This document shows, piece by piece, positions 51,041-59,107 of a stretch of DNA of 64,000 bases. Origin of the DNA: a virus (lineage: Duplodnaviria; Caudoviricetes); IMG/VR virus record IMGVR_UViG_3300017700_000931, positions 96,001-160,000 of that record. One strand, given 5' to 3'. The notes beneath the pieces are model-generated. The model ran no database searches. It was not told where the DNA came from and saw nothing but the letters and a program-made list of their open reading frames with translations. Position 1 is the stretch's first letter; every line of letters starts with the position of its first letter. The translations under genes were made by a program, and so were the position numbers.

Positions 51041-51109
51041 TATATATAATCATAGTTATAATAACTGTTATTATAATAATAGATTAATATTACATATTAA
51101 TTATATATA
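51041..51109. repeat. Cluster of AT-rich inverted repeats
   Basis: TTATAATAAC-T-GTTATTATAA (51056-51076), ATTAATAT-TAC-ATATTAAT (51083-51101), and the outer pair TATATATAAT/ATTATATATA. Confidence 0.7.
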
Positions 51110-51176
51110 AAAAACTAAATTTTTCATACATATGCAAGCTTTTTTTGAATTATTTTCAATATTTCTTACGAATCCC

Positions 51177-53756
51177 TTATTTTGCTGGGTTTGGATTTAA
51201 TTTTCCTCCACCAATTGCTTTTCTAATTTCTTCGGTAATTACTTTACTCAAATTTCTCATTAGGATTGGGTCACTTAAATCGATAGAACCAGAAGCACCA
51301 TCTCCAACCAGCTCAATTTTACCATTTATCGTTAATGGACTAAATGAAATATTTGAAGTACCCCCACCTTTTGTGGCTCCGCCTAAAGCTTTATCAACTG
51401 GACCATCTTTTTTGACTGCCATAACATCATCAGCTGGACTAATCCCAATCGGGGCTTGTCCGCTTCGCATAATAACGTCATCATAGCTATCAATATTTGA
51501 TATTTGTTTGTTTTTATCTTCAAAATTTAATTCTTTATAAGCACCATAACCACCCCCAAGTAGTCCTCCAATTAGTGCCCCCCAAGGGCCAAACATAGCA
51601 CCCATACCAGCACCTTGCATTGCTGAACTACCTATTCCAAGTGCTTTACCACCTGCACTATCAGGGTCATCCATACCACTTCTAAGATAATCCATACCCA
51701 TTCCTCCGGCCATACCCAATAAGCCTAAGCCCATGTTACCCATGCCGCCCATACCACCTTTTAAGCCACCCCACATTTTTCCACCAATACCTTTACCTTG
51801 TATACCAGCACCTCTGAAACCATTTTTTGCACCACTAAATGGGTTACCCATACCCATCATGTTACCCATGCCTCCACGTCCGAACATACCACGACGGCCA
51901 CCACCTCCGGGTCCACCCATACCTCCACCAATTGATGCACCCATATTAAATCCAACGGCCAATGCTTTACCATTTGCTACCCATTGTAGGTATTTAAATA
52001 ATCCCATACCACCAATAACCGAAATTAATGATGTGATTGGATTGTCGGCAACAAATTCAGCAATTGTAGTCGCAACTTTTGTGATTCCTTTCAACGCCTT
52101 TCCAATTGTAGTACCAATAGTTTTAGCTGATTCAAATAATTTATCGAATCCACCGCTTTTTTGAGCCCATTCCATGAAATCGGCCATTGGTTCTTTTAAA
52201 CCCTCGGAAAGACCATTTAAAATCGGAAATAACAGTGTTTTAAAAGTATTTTGTAAGTTCTGCCAAGTCTCATCAAAAGTTTGTGCTTGTTTTGCTCTTT
52301 CTTTTAATGAAGCTTTTTCATCCTTCATTTTTTTTATATCAGCATCCGTCAATGTTTTTATGTTTTTATTTTGACCATCAACATTTGCTTCCCATTGTTT
52401 TGTAATATCATTGAATGTTGCAATAGATGAAATGAATTCAATATTCTCATCATCTGTAACTCCCATACCAACATTCATTTCGATTTGTTGTATCTTAGCT
52501 GTTTCTCTAGACATTTCAGCTAATTTATCAGCACTAATTCCAGTAATATCAGCAATTTCTTTAATCCTATCAAAACCAAGACCGGATATTTCAAATTGAC
52601 CAGTTTCTTCATTGAATTTAGAAAATTCTTTTGTTGCCTCCCCAATATCTTTAGCAAAGGCTTCAAAATCATTTCTAGCTTTAAACATTAATTGGAAAGG
52701 GTCACCTAATTTAGCGAATTCACCACCCATTGTTTGTAATCTTGCAGCCATTTCAACCGCACCTTCTGGACGGAATACTTTATCTGCCATACTTGCAATC
52801 CCTTCCATATCCAAATGCATCTTTGCAGCTGCTGCCGCAAGTTTAACCATACCTTTAACACCATCCTTGAAGTGGAATCGATTAGCTAATTGCATATTTT
52901 TCTTTAAATTATTGGTAACTGCAACAGAATTTACACCCATTTTAGTAGATAAATTCATCATTTCTTCAATGATATTTTTAGTACCAATTGCTGATATACC
53001 GAAACTATCCATATTTGCTGCCATTTCAGCGGCACCATCAGCACCAAGCATAGTACCTTTGGATATTTCGGCCATGGCCTCTAATCCTTGTTGGCTTAAA
53101 ATTACACCTCTACCAATTTGTTCAGAATAAGACCCTTGCATTTTAGCTAAATCAGCAGCACTAACTCCTAATTGTTGTGTTGTTCCAGCGGCCTTATATA
53201 AATTCATTCTAAAGGCATCAGATTGCTTATTAAGAATACCCATGCTTTGTTCAGTAAGTTGAACAGCCTTCATTTCTTTAATTAATTCTTTAGAAATACC
53301 CTTTGCGGATTTGAATAATCCGACAGCACTCCTACCGATGGTTACAAATGATGCGGAAATTAAATTAGAAGAATTTGCTGATTCAGATAATATCGCAGCA
53401 TTTTCTTGTAATACAGCAGTTTTTTGTTTAGCGTATTTTAAACCTTCTTTTCTAGCAGCGATTTCTTTTTCTAATGCTCTAAGTTCAGCTTCGACTAGGG
53501 TTTTGTTTTTTCCTTGAAGTTTGCCGGATTTAGCTAAAAGTTCTTTTTTCTTCTTTTCTCTATCCTCAATTTCAGCCAATAACTTAGCTTCTTGCTGCCT
53601 TATATGCTGCAAGTTCTTAGCTACTTCTCTGATATCTTTTATGATAGAATTATATCCTTTAAGACCATCTGTTGCTCTACTTTGCAACTCAATTAATCTT
53701 TGATATTTTGCTTCTAACTCATTAAAATCATCTATGTTAAAACTTTCATTAGCCAT
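51177..53756 (-). CDS. Tape measure protein
   Basis: Long alpha-helical protein with a Gly/Met-rich hydrophobic C-terminal region, downstream of the tube and chaperone genes. Confidence 0.85.
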   Translation of the reverse strand: MANESFNIDDFNELEAKYQRLIELQSRATDGLKGYNSIIKDIREVAKNLQHIRQQEAKLLAEIEDREKKKKELLAKSGKLQGKNKTLVEAELRALEKEIAARKEGLKYAKQKTAVLQENAAILSESANSSNLISASFVTIGRSAVGLFKSAKGISKELIKEMKAVQLTEQSMGILNKQSDAFRMNLYKAAGTTQQLGVSAADLAKMQGSYSEQIGRGVILSQQGLEAMAEISKGTMLGADGAAEMAANMDSFGISAIGTKNIIEEMMNLSTKMGVNSVAVTNNLKKNMQLANRFHFKDGVKGMVKLAAAAAKMHLDMEGIASMADKVFRPEGAVEMAARLQTMGGEFAKLGDPFQLMFKARNDFEAFAKDIGEATKEFSKFNEETGQFEISGLGFDRIKEIADITGISADKLAEMSRETAKIQQIEMNVGMGVTDDENIEFISSIATFNDITKQWEANVDGQNKNIKTLTDADIKKMKDEKASLKERAKQAQTFDETWQNLQNTFKTLLFPILNGLSEGLKEPMADFMEWAQKSGGFDKLFESAKTIGTTIGKALKGITKVATTIAEFVADNPITSLISVIGGMGLFKYLQWVANGKALAVGFNMGASIGGGMGGPGGGGRRGMFGRGGMGNMMGMGNPFSGAKNGFRGAGIQGKGIGGKMWGGLKGGMGGMGNMGLGLLGMAGGMGMDYLRSGMDDPDSAGGKALGIGSSAMQGAGMGAMFGPWGALIGGLLGGGYGAYKELNFEDKNKQISNIDSYDDVIMRSGQAPIGISPADDVMAVKKDGPVDKALGGATKGGGTSNISFSPLTINGKIELVGDGASGSIDLSDPILMRNLSKVITEEIRKAIGGGKLNPNPAK

Positions 53757-53758
53757 TA

Positions 53759-54988
53759 TTAACCTAAATCAATTAATTTTATTTTACCTCTACCAACGAC
53801 TTCACGTTGTGGTTCATTATTGATTAATTTCACGAATTCAATTGTTGCCTCATAAGTTTTATCATCAAGCTTATTTCCTAATTTAACATACATGGATTCT
53901 CTTCTGTTATCAGCAGTTCTTTTGATTACTTTATCCTTGGTAAATTTCCCAACATAAGTCTTACCGTTAGTGAAATTAAAACGATACTCAGGTCTAATAT
54001 CCGGCCCCTCATATGAGAATTTTACATTTTTACCTTTTTGAACTTTACTTGATAAACCAAGTGAAGCTAATTTTTTTTCTAATGGAATAATACCCTTAGC
54101 TTTATTTCGACCCAAAATTCGGTCTAATAAACTAGGATTCTTAAACATCATACTTCTCATTGCTGGTGATTGCATAATATCACTAACCGAAAATTCTGGT
54201 TCATCTCTGTATTGACCCATATTTTCAATACTGAAAACATTTTTGATATATTCTTTTGAAATATTTCCACTATCAACATCTTTTAATTTCACAACTAGAT
54301 TTATCCCTTCAGATGTAGCTTCAATAGATTCAGGCCCAAAATAAAAATAAGAATTATCTAAACGTTGATAATGTGATGCATCAGCACCCACAAAATCAAT
54401 TGGACTCGCCTTTAATAAAGTATCTGTAACCTTTTCCACATGTAGCGTAATACTAGTAATGGTGTTTTTAGCAATAGAATCCTTATCTTTACCACTAGTA
54501 ATTAATTTACCAGTTTTTATTTCCATAACTTCACCTTCAGTGAAACCCTTAAATGAATTGATGATTTCGGTTTTTCTTTCTTCAAAATCAGCATGTACTT
54601 TTGATTGTGTTTTCGCTTGTGGTTCCGGTCTACCTTGACTAGGTGAAACACCACTAACGATTTCATCACCTCTTTTAATAACTATTGAATAAACACCATT
54701 GATTGTTGGTCCTTTAATGGTTCTTTTTGTTCTACCATCATCACCAATAACTAATCTATGTGTTGTAAGATTTGCACCATCAAAAGAATTATTAGTAAAC
54801 ACATAATATTCACCTTCCCATTCAAATGTTACTTGATTACCAAATTTATTAATAATTCTAGCACTATAAACTTGTTTACCTGTTTTAACAACCATAGTAT
54901 CACCTTTTTTGATTTTACTAAATGCGTCTTGGTAAGTAGCTTCTGTGATTAACTCTTTCAATGTTATATGTTCAACTCTCAATTTCAT
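53759..54988 (-). CDS. Hypothetical protein inserted between chaperone and tape measure gene
   Basis: 409-aa ORF with its own TATTTATT (55002-55009) and an LITE leader. Confidence 0.65.
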   Translation of the reverse strand: MKLRVEHITLKELITEATYQDAFSKIKKGDTMVVKTGKQVYSARIINKFGNQVTFEWEGEYYVFTNNSFDGANLTTHRLVIGDDGRTKRTIKGPTINGVYSIVIKRGDEIVSGVSPSQGRPEPQAKTQSKVHADFEERKTEIINSFKGFTEGEVMEIKTGKLITSGKDKDSIAKNTITSITLHVEKVTDTLLKASPIDFVGADASHYQRLDNSYFYFGPESIEATSEGINLVVKLKDVDSGNISKEYIKNVFSIENMGQYRDEPEFSVSDIMQSPAMRSMMFKNPSLLDRILGRNKAKGIIPLEKKLASLGLSSKVQKGKNVKFSYEGPDIRPEYRFNFTNGKTYVGKFTKDKVIKRTADNRRESMYVKLGNKLDDKTYEATIEFVKLINNEPQREVVGRGKIKLIDLG

Positions 54989-55023
54989 ACCGTACTTTAG
55001 TAATAAATATCAAAATATAACAA

Positions 55024-55050
55024 AAATCCCTCTTTATTGTGGAGGGATTT
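55024..55050 (-). terminator. Terminator overlapping the stop of the chaperone extension
   Basis: AAATCCCTC/GAGGGATTT stem followed by TTTTT on the minus strand. Confidence 0.65.
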
Positions 55051-55306
55051 GTTTATTTCTCATTTGTGATTTTAATGCCTCACCAGATATTGTTTTTGTT
55101 CGGGTTCCTTTTCCGCCGGATGATTTTTGTTTTTTCATTTCATCCATTCGCTCTTTTTGTTGGTCCATTTCATCCTTAAACATTTCAATATAGAATCTTC
55201 TTTCATATACTGGCATATCCATTACATCTCGATACGTAAACTTTAAATGTTTCATACAGATGTAAATTTCTTGTAAAAATGGTCGCTTATAATTATAAGT
55301 TAGGCC
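55034..55306 (-). CDS. Tail assembly chaperone frameshift extension (T-like/gp51-like); probably reached by a +1 shift rather than from ATG 55255
   Basis: Frame is open upstream of ATG 55255: FFGLTYNYKRPFLQEIYICMKHLKFTYRDVMDMPVYERRFYIEMF; it overlaps the end of the upstream gene at a T7 run. Confidence 0.75.
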   Translation of the reverse strand, partial: GLTYNYKRPFLQEIYICMKHLKFTYRDVMDMPVYERRFYIEMFKDEMDQQKERMDEMKKQKSSGGKGTRTKTISGEALKSQMRNKQIPPQ

Positions 55307-56414
55307 AAAAAAACTTGAAGTTAACGGGAAGAAAGGTTTTTAATGACCCACCCCCCGGAGTCTCAATCTCAAGTTTCATATCAATTCCACTTTCAATTCC
55401 ATCAATATATTTTTTTATTGCGTTTGAATCACCAACTCTCATTGTTTGAACAAAATCTTTAATCCATGCTCTATCCCTAATTTCATTGACTTCAATGATT
55501 TGTTTTTCTAAAGTATATGTTACTGTATCAACATTTTCATCACCAGCCTTTAACATTTCAGAAACGTGATTTTCAATATCCTCAACATCACCAATAGTTA
55601 ATAATTTTATTTTCAATTTTGCTTTAGTTAATGGTAATGTAAAATCAATCAAACCTTCTTTATCAGTATCAATAGTTAATGGAATTGTTTTCAATTCAGA
55701 TAAATCAACAATATGTTCAAATGGTTCGGCAGTTTTAGGGTCAAACACTGTAATTGGATATTCGTGGCCATAACCTGTCGCCCTAAGCCAAATCATAATA
55801 GCGTTTCTATCTCCAACATGTAAATCTTTATATCTTAATTCAGTATCAAGCATTTTTCTATTGAATAATATTTCTAAGAATTCACCACTATCCATTAAAT
55901 TTGGATTTGTTAAAATATTTTCGTCTGCCGCAGTCAAATAAGCCACTTTAATTGACTTTTTCTTACCCTTATACAACTTACCACCAGATGGTAAAGGAAT
56001 TACGTCATAAGAAGCATTAATTTGTGGTTGACTTATTGTATAATATTTATCATAGCTTTCAGGCGCACTTTCTGGCATATCATAACCGGATGGTGAAATT
56101 GGTGGTTGTACTGGTGGTACAACTGGTGGTGTAACAATTTTTGTTGGAGCTTTTTGATTCATCATTTTTGCTCTTTCAATATCTAATAAATCTGCCCTAT
56201 CTCTTTGAATCTGAAGAAGTCTTTCTCTTTCAGCAATTTGTTGTTCTGTTTTCAAGCGCATCGCCTCAGCCGCAGCTTGTTCATTTATTGATACTTCATT
56301 ATTAAATTTAATTTGAGTTTCTTTTTCAAATTGATTTGCTATTTCAGCACCTGTTGCGTTAGCAGCAGCAATCTCTTCCAATGTTGGAAGTACTCGTGGT
56401 TTATTTTCTGACAT
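55293..56414 (-). CDS. Tail assembly chaperone / baseplate hub assembly protein (gp26-like)
   Basis: VIPLPSGGKLY, YLTAADENIL, LHVGDRNAIMIWLR; directly after the tube gene; ends KFFWPNL. Confidence 0.8.
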   Translation of the reverse strand: MSENKPRVLPTLEEIAAANATGAEIANQFEKETQIKFNNEVSINEQAAAEAMRLKTEQQIAERERLLQIQRDRADLLDIERAKMMNQKAPTKIVTPPVVPPVQPPISPSGYDMPESAPESYDKYYTISQPQINASYDVIPLPSGGKLYKGKKKSIKVAYLTAADENILTNPNLMDSGEFLEILFNRKMLDTELRYKDLHVGDRNAIMIWLRATGYGHEYPITVFDPKTAEPFEHIVDLSELKTIPLTIDTDKEGLIDFTLPLTKAKLKIKLLTIGDVEDIENHVSEMLKAGDENVDTVTYTLEKQIIEVNEIRDRAWIKDFVQTMRVGDSNAIKKYIDGIESGIDMKLEIETPGGGSLKTFLPVNFKFFWPNL

Positions 56415-56456
56415 AATGTAAAAACTTTACTTAATTGTTATCTTTCTAATCTATTA

Positions 56457-56464
56457 TATAAATA
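56457..56464 (-). promoter_or_regulatory. Putative late promoter TATTTATA
   Basis: Between the tube terminator and the chaperone ATG. Confidence 0.55.
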
Positions 56465-56489
56465 GTCATAGTAAAGTTTTCTAAAAATA

Positions 56490-56520
56490 AAAAAGGACGT
56501 ACAATTTGTACGTCCTTTTT
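56490..56520 (-). terminator. Intrinsic terminator after the tail tube gene
   Basis: AAAAAGGACGTACAA-T-TTGTACGTCCTTTTT. Confidence 0.88.
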
Positions 56521-56539
56521 ATAATTTTTTATGTTAATA

Positions 56540-57028
56540 TTAGAATACTAGGATTGCTCTGTCGAATCTCAAATCTACAGTGATATCTGCGATTGAGTCA
56601 TCGTCCATTGCTAAGTCACCAAACTGAACGTTTGTTGTCATGGTACCTTGTAATACCCATTTTTCAATAACTACTCCAGTTGGGTCAAGCATTTCCACTT
56701 CAACATCTTTCTTGTATCCAGCGGCATAACCTTGTCTACCAGTAATAGATTCTGAGTGTAATCTGACCCATTCCATGATTGCTTGTGCAGCAGATGGACC
56801 AATAGGGTCTCTAAATGTAACAGTAATTGGCTCCCAAGTAAATCTACCAATTACCCAAGTTGATGTGTTAAGAAATGGAATCTCAACCTCATTTTGTGTA
56901 ATTGATGGTCTAGAAGCACTTTGTAGCCACCATTCTTGAATACCCAAATCAGATGGGAATCTAATCAACCAACGATTCTTTTTCTTTGGTTCATACGGTA
57001 CGGGCATTTTCATTAACAAATCAGCCAT
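56540..57028 (-). CDS. Tail tube protein (T4 gp19-like)
   Basis: EPKKKNRW, GRFTWEPITVTFRDP, WV...GYAAGYKKD, EKWVLQG and FGDLAMD. Confidence 0.93.
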   Translation of the reverse strand: MADLLMKMPVPYEPKKKNRWLIRFPSDLGIQEWWLQSASRPSITQNEVEIPFLNTSTWVIGRFTWEPITVTFRDPIGPSAAQAIMEWVRLHSESITGRQGYAAGYKKDVEVEMLDPTGVVIEKWVLQGTMTTNVQFGDLAMDDDSIADITVDLRFDRAILVF

Positions 57029-57061
57029 TTTAATTAAATTTTAAAGTTCTCTTTATTTAAT

Positions 57062-57069
57062 TATAAATA
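57062..57069 (-). promoter_or_regulatory. Putative late promoter TATTTATA
   Basis: 33 nt upstream of the tube gene ATG. Confidence 0.6.
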
Positions 57070-57133
57070 TGCTGAAATGTGTTTTTTTCTAAAAAAAATT
57101 TTATTTAGTTAATTTTGATATCAAAAAGTGAAA

Positions 57134-57877
57134 TTAAATTGCTCTTTTTATAATATTATTTGGATTAGATGTGTCATAAATGACAAAATGTATATCTGGA
57201 TACTTTGGTTTTAGTGCTTTATTGATGAAATCTTTTATTGTATTGATGTTTCTTTGGTCATCGTCACTAATACCAATACTGAATTTACCATCAAATTCAA
57301 ACTCACTAGCCACATTAATTCTATGTTCTACGTATAAATCTAATGCTAATACTTTGCGTAATTCTATTGAATCAACAACATCTAATTCTTTTAATTGTGG
57401 GAAGTTCATCTCAGATGATGTTACTGGACTAATTATTTGTTTAGATAAATAGTTATTAAGGTCACCAACATTTTCTAACATCATATTCAATTCGTAATCC
57501 AAAAAAGTTTTACCTATAATCATAATGATTCCGGCTCTAATAACATCAATAGATTGACCTCTGGCAGTAATAATTGAAAAATCATTACCATATATTAAAC
57601 ATTCCTTGAATTTACTAAAAGATGGGCCATATGCTTTATCATTTAAAGCTTTATTTAGGTCAGTTATAAATTGTTGGTTATTGGAGAAATTTAAATATGG
57701 GTCAGCCACCCCGATTGGATATCGATATTCTGGATTTTTCCTAATTTCTGCATAGTCTTTGGTTGAAATTTCAATAATCTCCCACGACTCCCCAATTAGT
57801 TTCTCCATTATCATGGTAGTTGGCATATGAATGATATTATCATCCCAATCAAATACGTAAATTCTTTTATTTTTCAT
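57134..57877 (-). CDS. HAD-superfamily phosphatase/nucleotidase-like protein (start more likely 57877 than 57928)
   Basis: Motif I FDWDDN, motif II ITARG, motif IV SDDD; TATATTTG element at 57898-57905 lies inside the longer ORF. Confidence 0.75.
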   Translation of the reverse strand: MKNKRIYVFDWDDNIIHMPTTMIMEKLIGESWEIIEISTKDYAEIRKNPEYRYPIGVADPYLNFSNNQQFITDLNKALNDKAYGPSFSKFKECLIYGNDFSIITARGQSIDVIRAGIIMIIGKTFLDYELNMMLENVGDLNNYLSKQIISPVTSSEMNFPQLKELDVVDSIELRKVLALDLYVEHRINVASEFEFDGKFSIGISDDDQRNINTIKDFINKALKPKYPDIHFVIYDTSNPNNIIKRAI

Positions 57878-57931
57878 ATAAAATGTTGTCGAATTAACAA
57901 ATATATTGAAAATAAATGTGATACACAATGA

Positions 57932-59029
57932 TTATTGGTCAAAAACACAATCCATAGGGGTTGTGGAACCATCATCCTTTTTAATTTTAAGTTTTTTACA
58001 CTTAGTTTTAGCACCACTAGTGTAGTGCATACGAACAGTTTTATTAGTTGAAGTAGTTATCTTAACCAATTCATATTGGTGCCTTTCAATAACTTGTGGT
58101 GCCGTTTCACCACCCTTAACTTCCTCATCGAATACAACAACTAATCTGATTGTAACATATCGATATGGTGCAGTTTTAATTCTAGCTTCAACTCTATCAC
58201 CCTTAGACATTCCGGGCTCAAATAAATTAGGCCCACTATTTGGTTTAGTAGTCGTACTGAATTTTGCGTCAGTTAAATCAAGTGTCATCATGAAATTTTC
58301 AACACTTTGTGCTCTTAATAATGATAATTGTTCGTTACCCATTTTTATTGGTTCAGTATCTGTTGATGATTCAATGAATACACCAATGATTTTACCACCA
58401 GCAAGCTTTATATCATTCACAACTATAGAAATAGAGTCCATAGTTGAAACACTCAAATCAAATGTACCTGTGTTGAAAAAATTATCTGACGACCATTTAA
58501 AATCAATGGTATCTTGTACGATAACGCTTGAACCTTTTGGAAGAATTGTGTCTCTCGTTATGATTACATCACTAATTGCATATCCTTGGCTTAATCTAGT
58601 TCTAAGGACTGATGGACTAGTTGTTCTTTGAGTATCGGTAGTATATGAAACCTTATCCTTTTTTTTATTTTTAGCATCGAGATAAGCAATCGTAGATTTA
58701 ATTCTTTCAGCATTTTGTTGAATTAACTCTCCGGCATTGGGCATCTTATTATCTATCCTATCAATTAATTTATTTAATTGGGTGGTATCAGATAATACAT
58801 TATTAACTTTTTGAATAATTTCTTGATTTGTTAAAGAGTTTTGTGCGATTGCTTTATTTTGACCAGTTAATGTCACACCAGCTAACATTAATAAACTCAA
58901 GGCAATTTCTTTAAAACCCTCTTCAATAACACCTTCAGTCAAAAGTTCATTTAATGCTGCTTCATCTTCATTTATTTGATGAGCAATTATCTTCAGTTGT
59001 TTTTCAGTTATGATTAATTTTTTTGCCAT
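57932..59029 (-). CDS. Protein with multiple xxE leader sites, a hydrophobic segment and an OmpA-like C-terminal domain
   Basis: IALSLLMLAGVTLTG; SSTD...NEQLSLLRAQSV...RYVTIRL. Confidence 0.65.
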   Translation of the reverse strand: MAKKLIITEKQLKIIAHQINEDEAALNELLTEGVIEEGFKEIALSLLMLAGVTLTGQNKAIAQNSLTNQEIIQKVNNVLSDTTQLNKLIDRIDNKMPNAGELIQQNAERIKSTIAYLDAKNKKKDKVSYTTDTQRTTSPSVLRTRLSQGYAISDVIITRDTILPKGSSVIVQDTIDFKWSSDNFFNTGTFDLSVSTMDSISIVVNDIKLAGGKIIGVFIESSTDTEPIKMGNEQLSLLRAQSVENFMMTLDLTDAKFSTTTKPNSGPNLFEPGMSKGDRVEARIKTAPYRYVTIRLVVVFDEEVKGGETAPQVIERHQYELVKITTSTNKTVRMHYTSGAKTKCKKLKIKKDDGSTTPMDCVFDQ

Positions 59030-59043
59030 TATAGTCTTTTAAT

Positions 59044-59051
59044 TATAAATA
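59044..59051 (-). promoter_or_regulatory. Putative late promoter TATTTATA
   Basis: 14 nt upstream of ATG 59029. Confidence 0.6.
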
Positions 59052-59064
59052 TTTCATTAACAAA

Positions 59065-59089
59065 GAAAGGGACCCACTGGGTCCCTTTC
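59065..59089 (-). terminator. Terminator-like hairpin after the sheath gene
   Basis: GAAAGGGACCCA-C-TGGGTCCCTTTC followed by TTTG on the minus strand. Confidence 0.8.
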
Positions 59090-59107
59090 CTATTATAAAT
59101 TATATTT

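Noticed and set aside
57113-57126. 14-bp palindrome TTTTGATATCAAAA upstream of the tube promoter
   Set aside because: It is short, AT-rich and single-copy, so likely to arise by chance.
57878-57928. N-terminal 17 aa of the HAD ORF as listed in the track
   Set aside because: The segment contains a TAnnTTTG element; the HAD motif starts just after Met at 57877.
11612-59062. TTG exactly 9 nt upstream of TATTTATA as a second promoter element
   Set aside because: It is present in only three of about a dozen sites (11612, 50984, 59044), too few to support without statistics.
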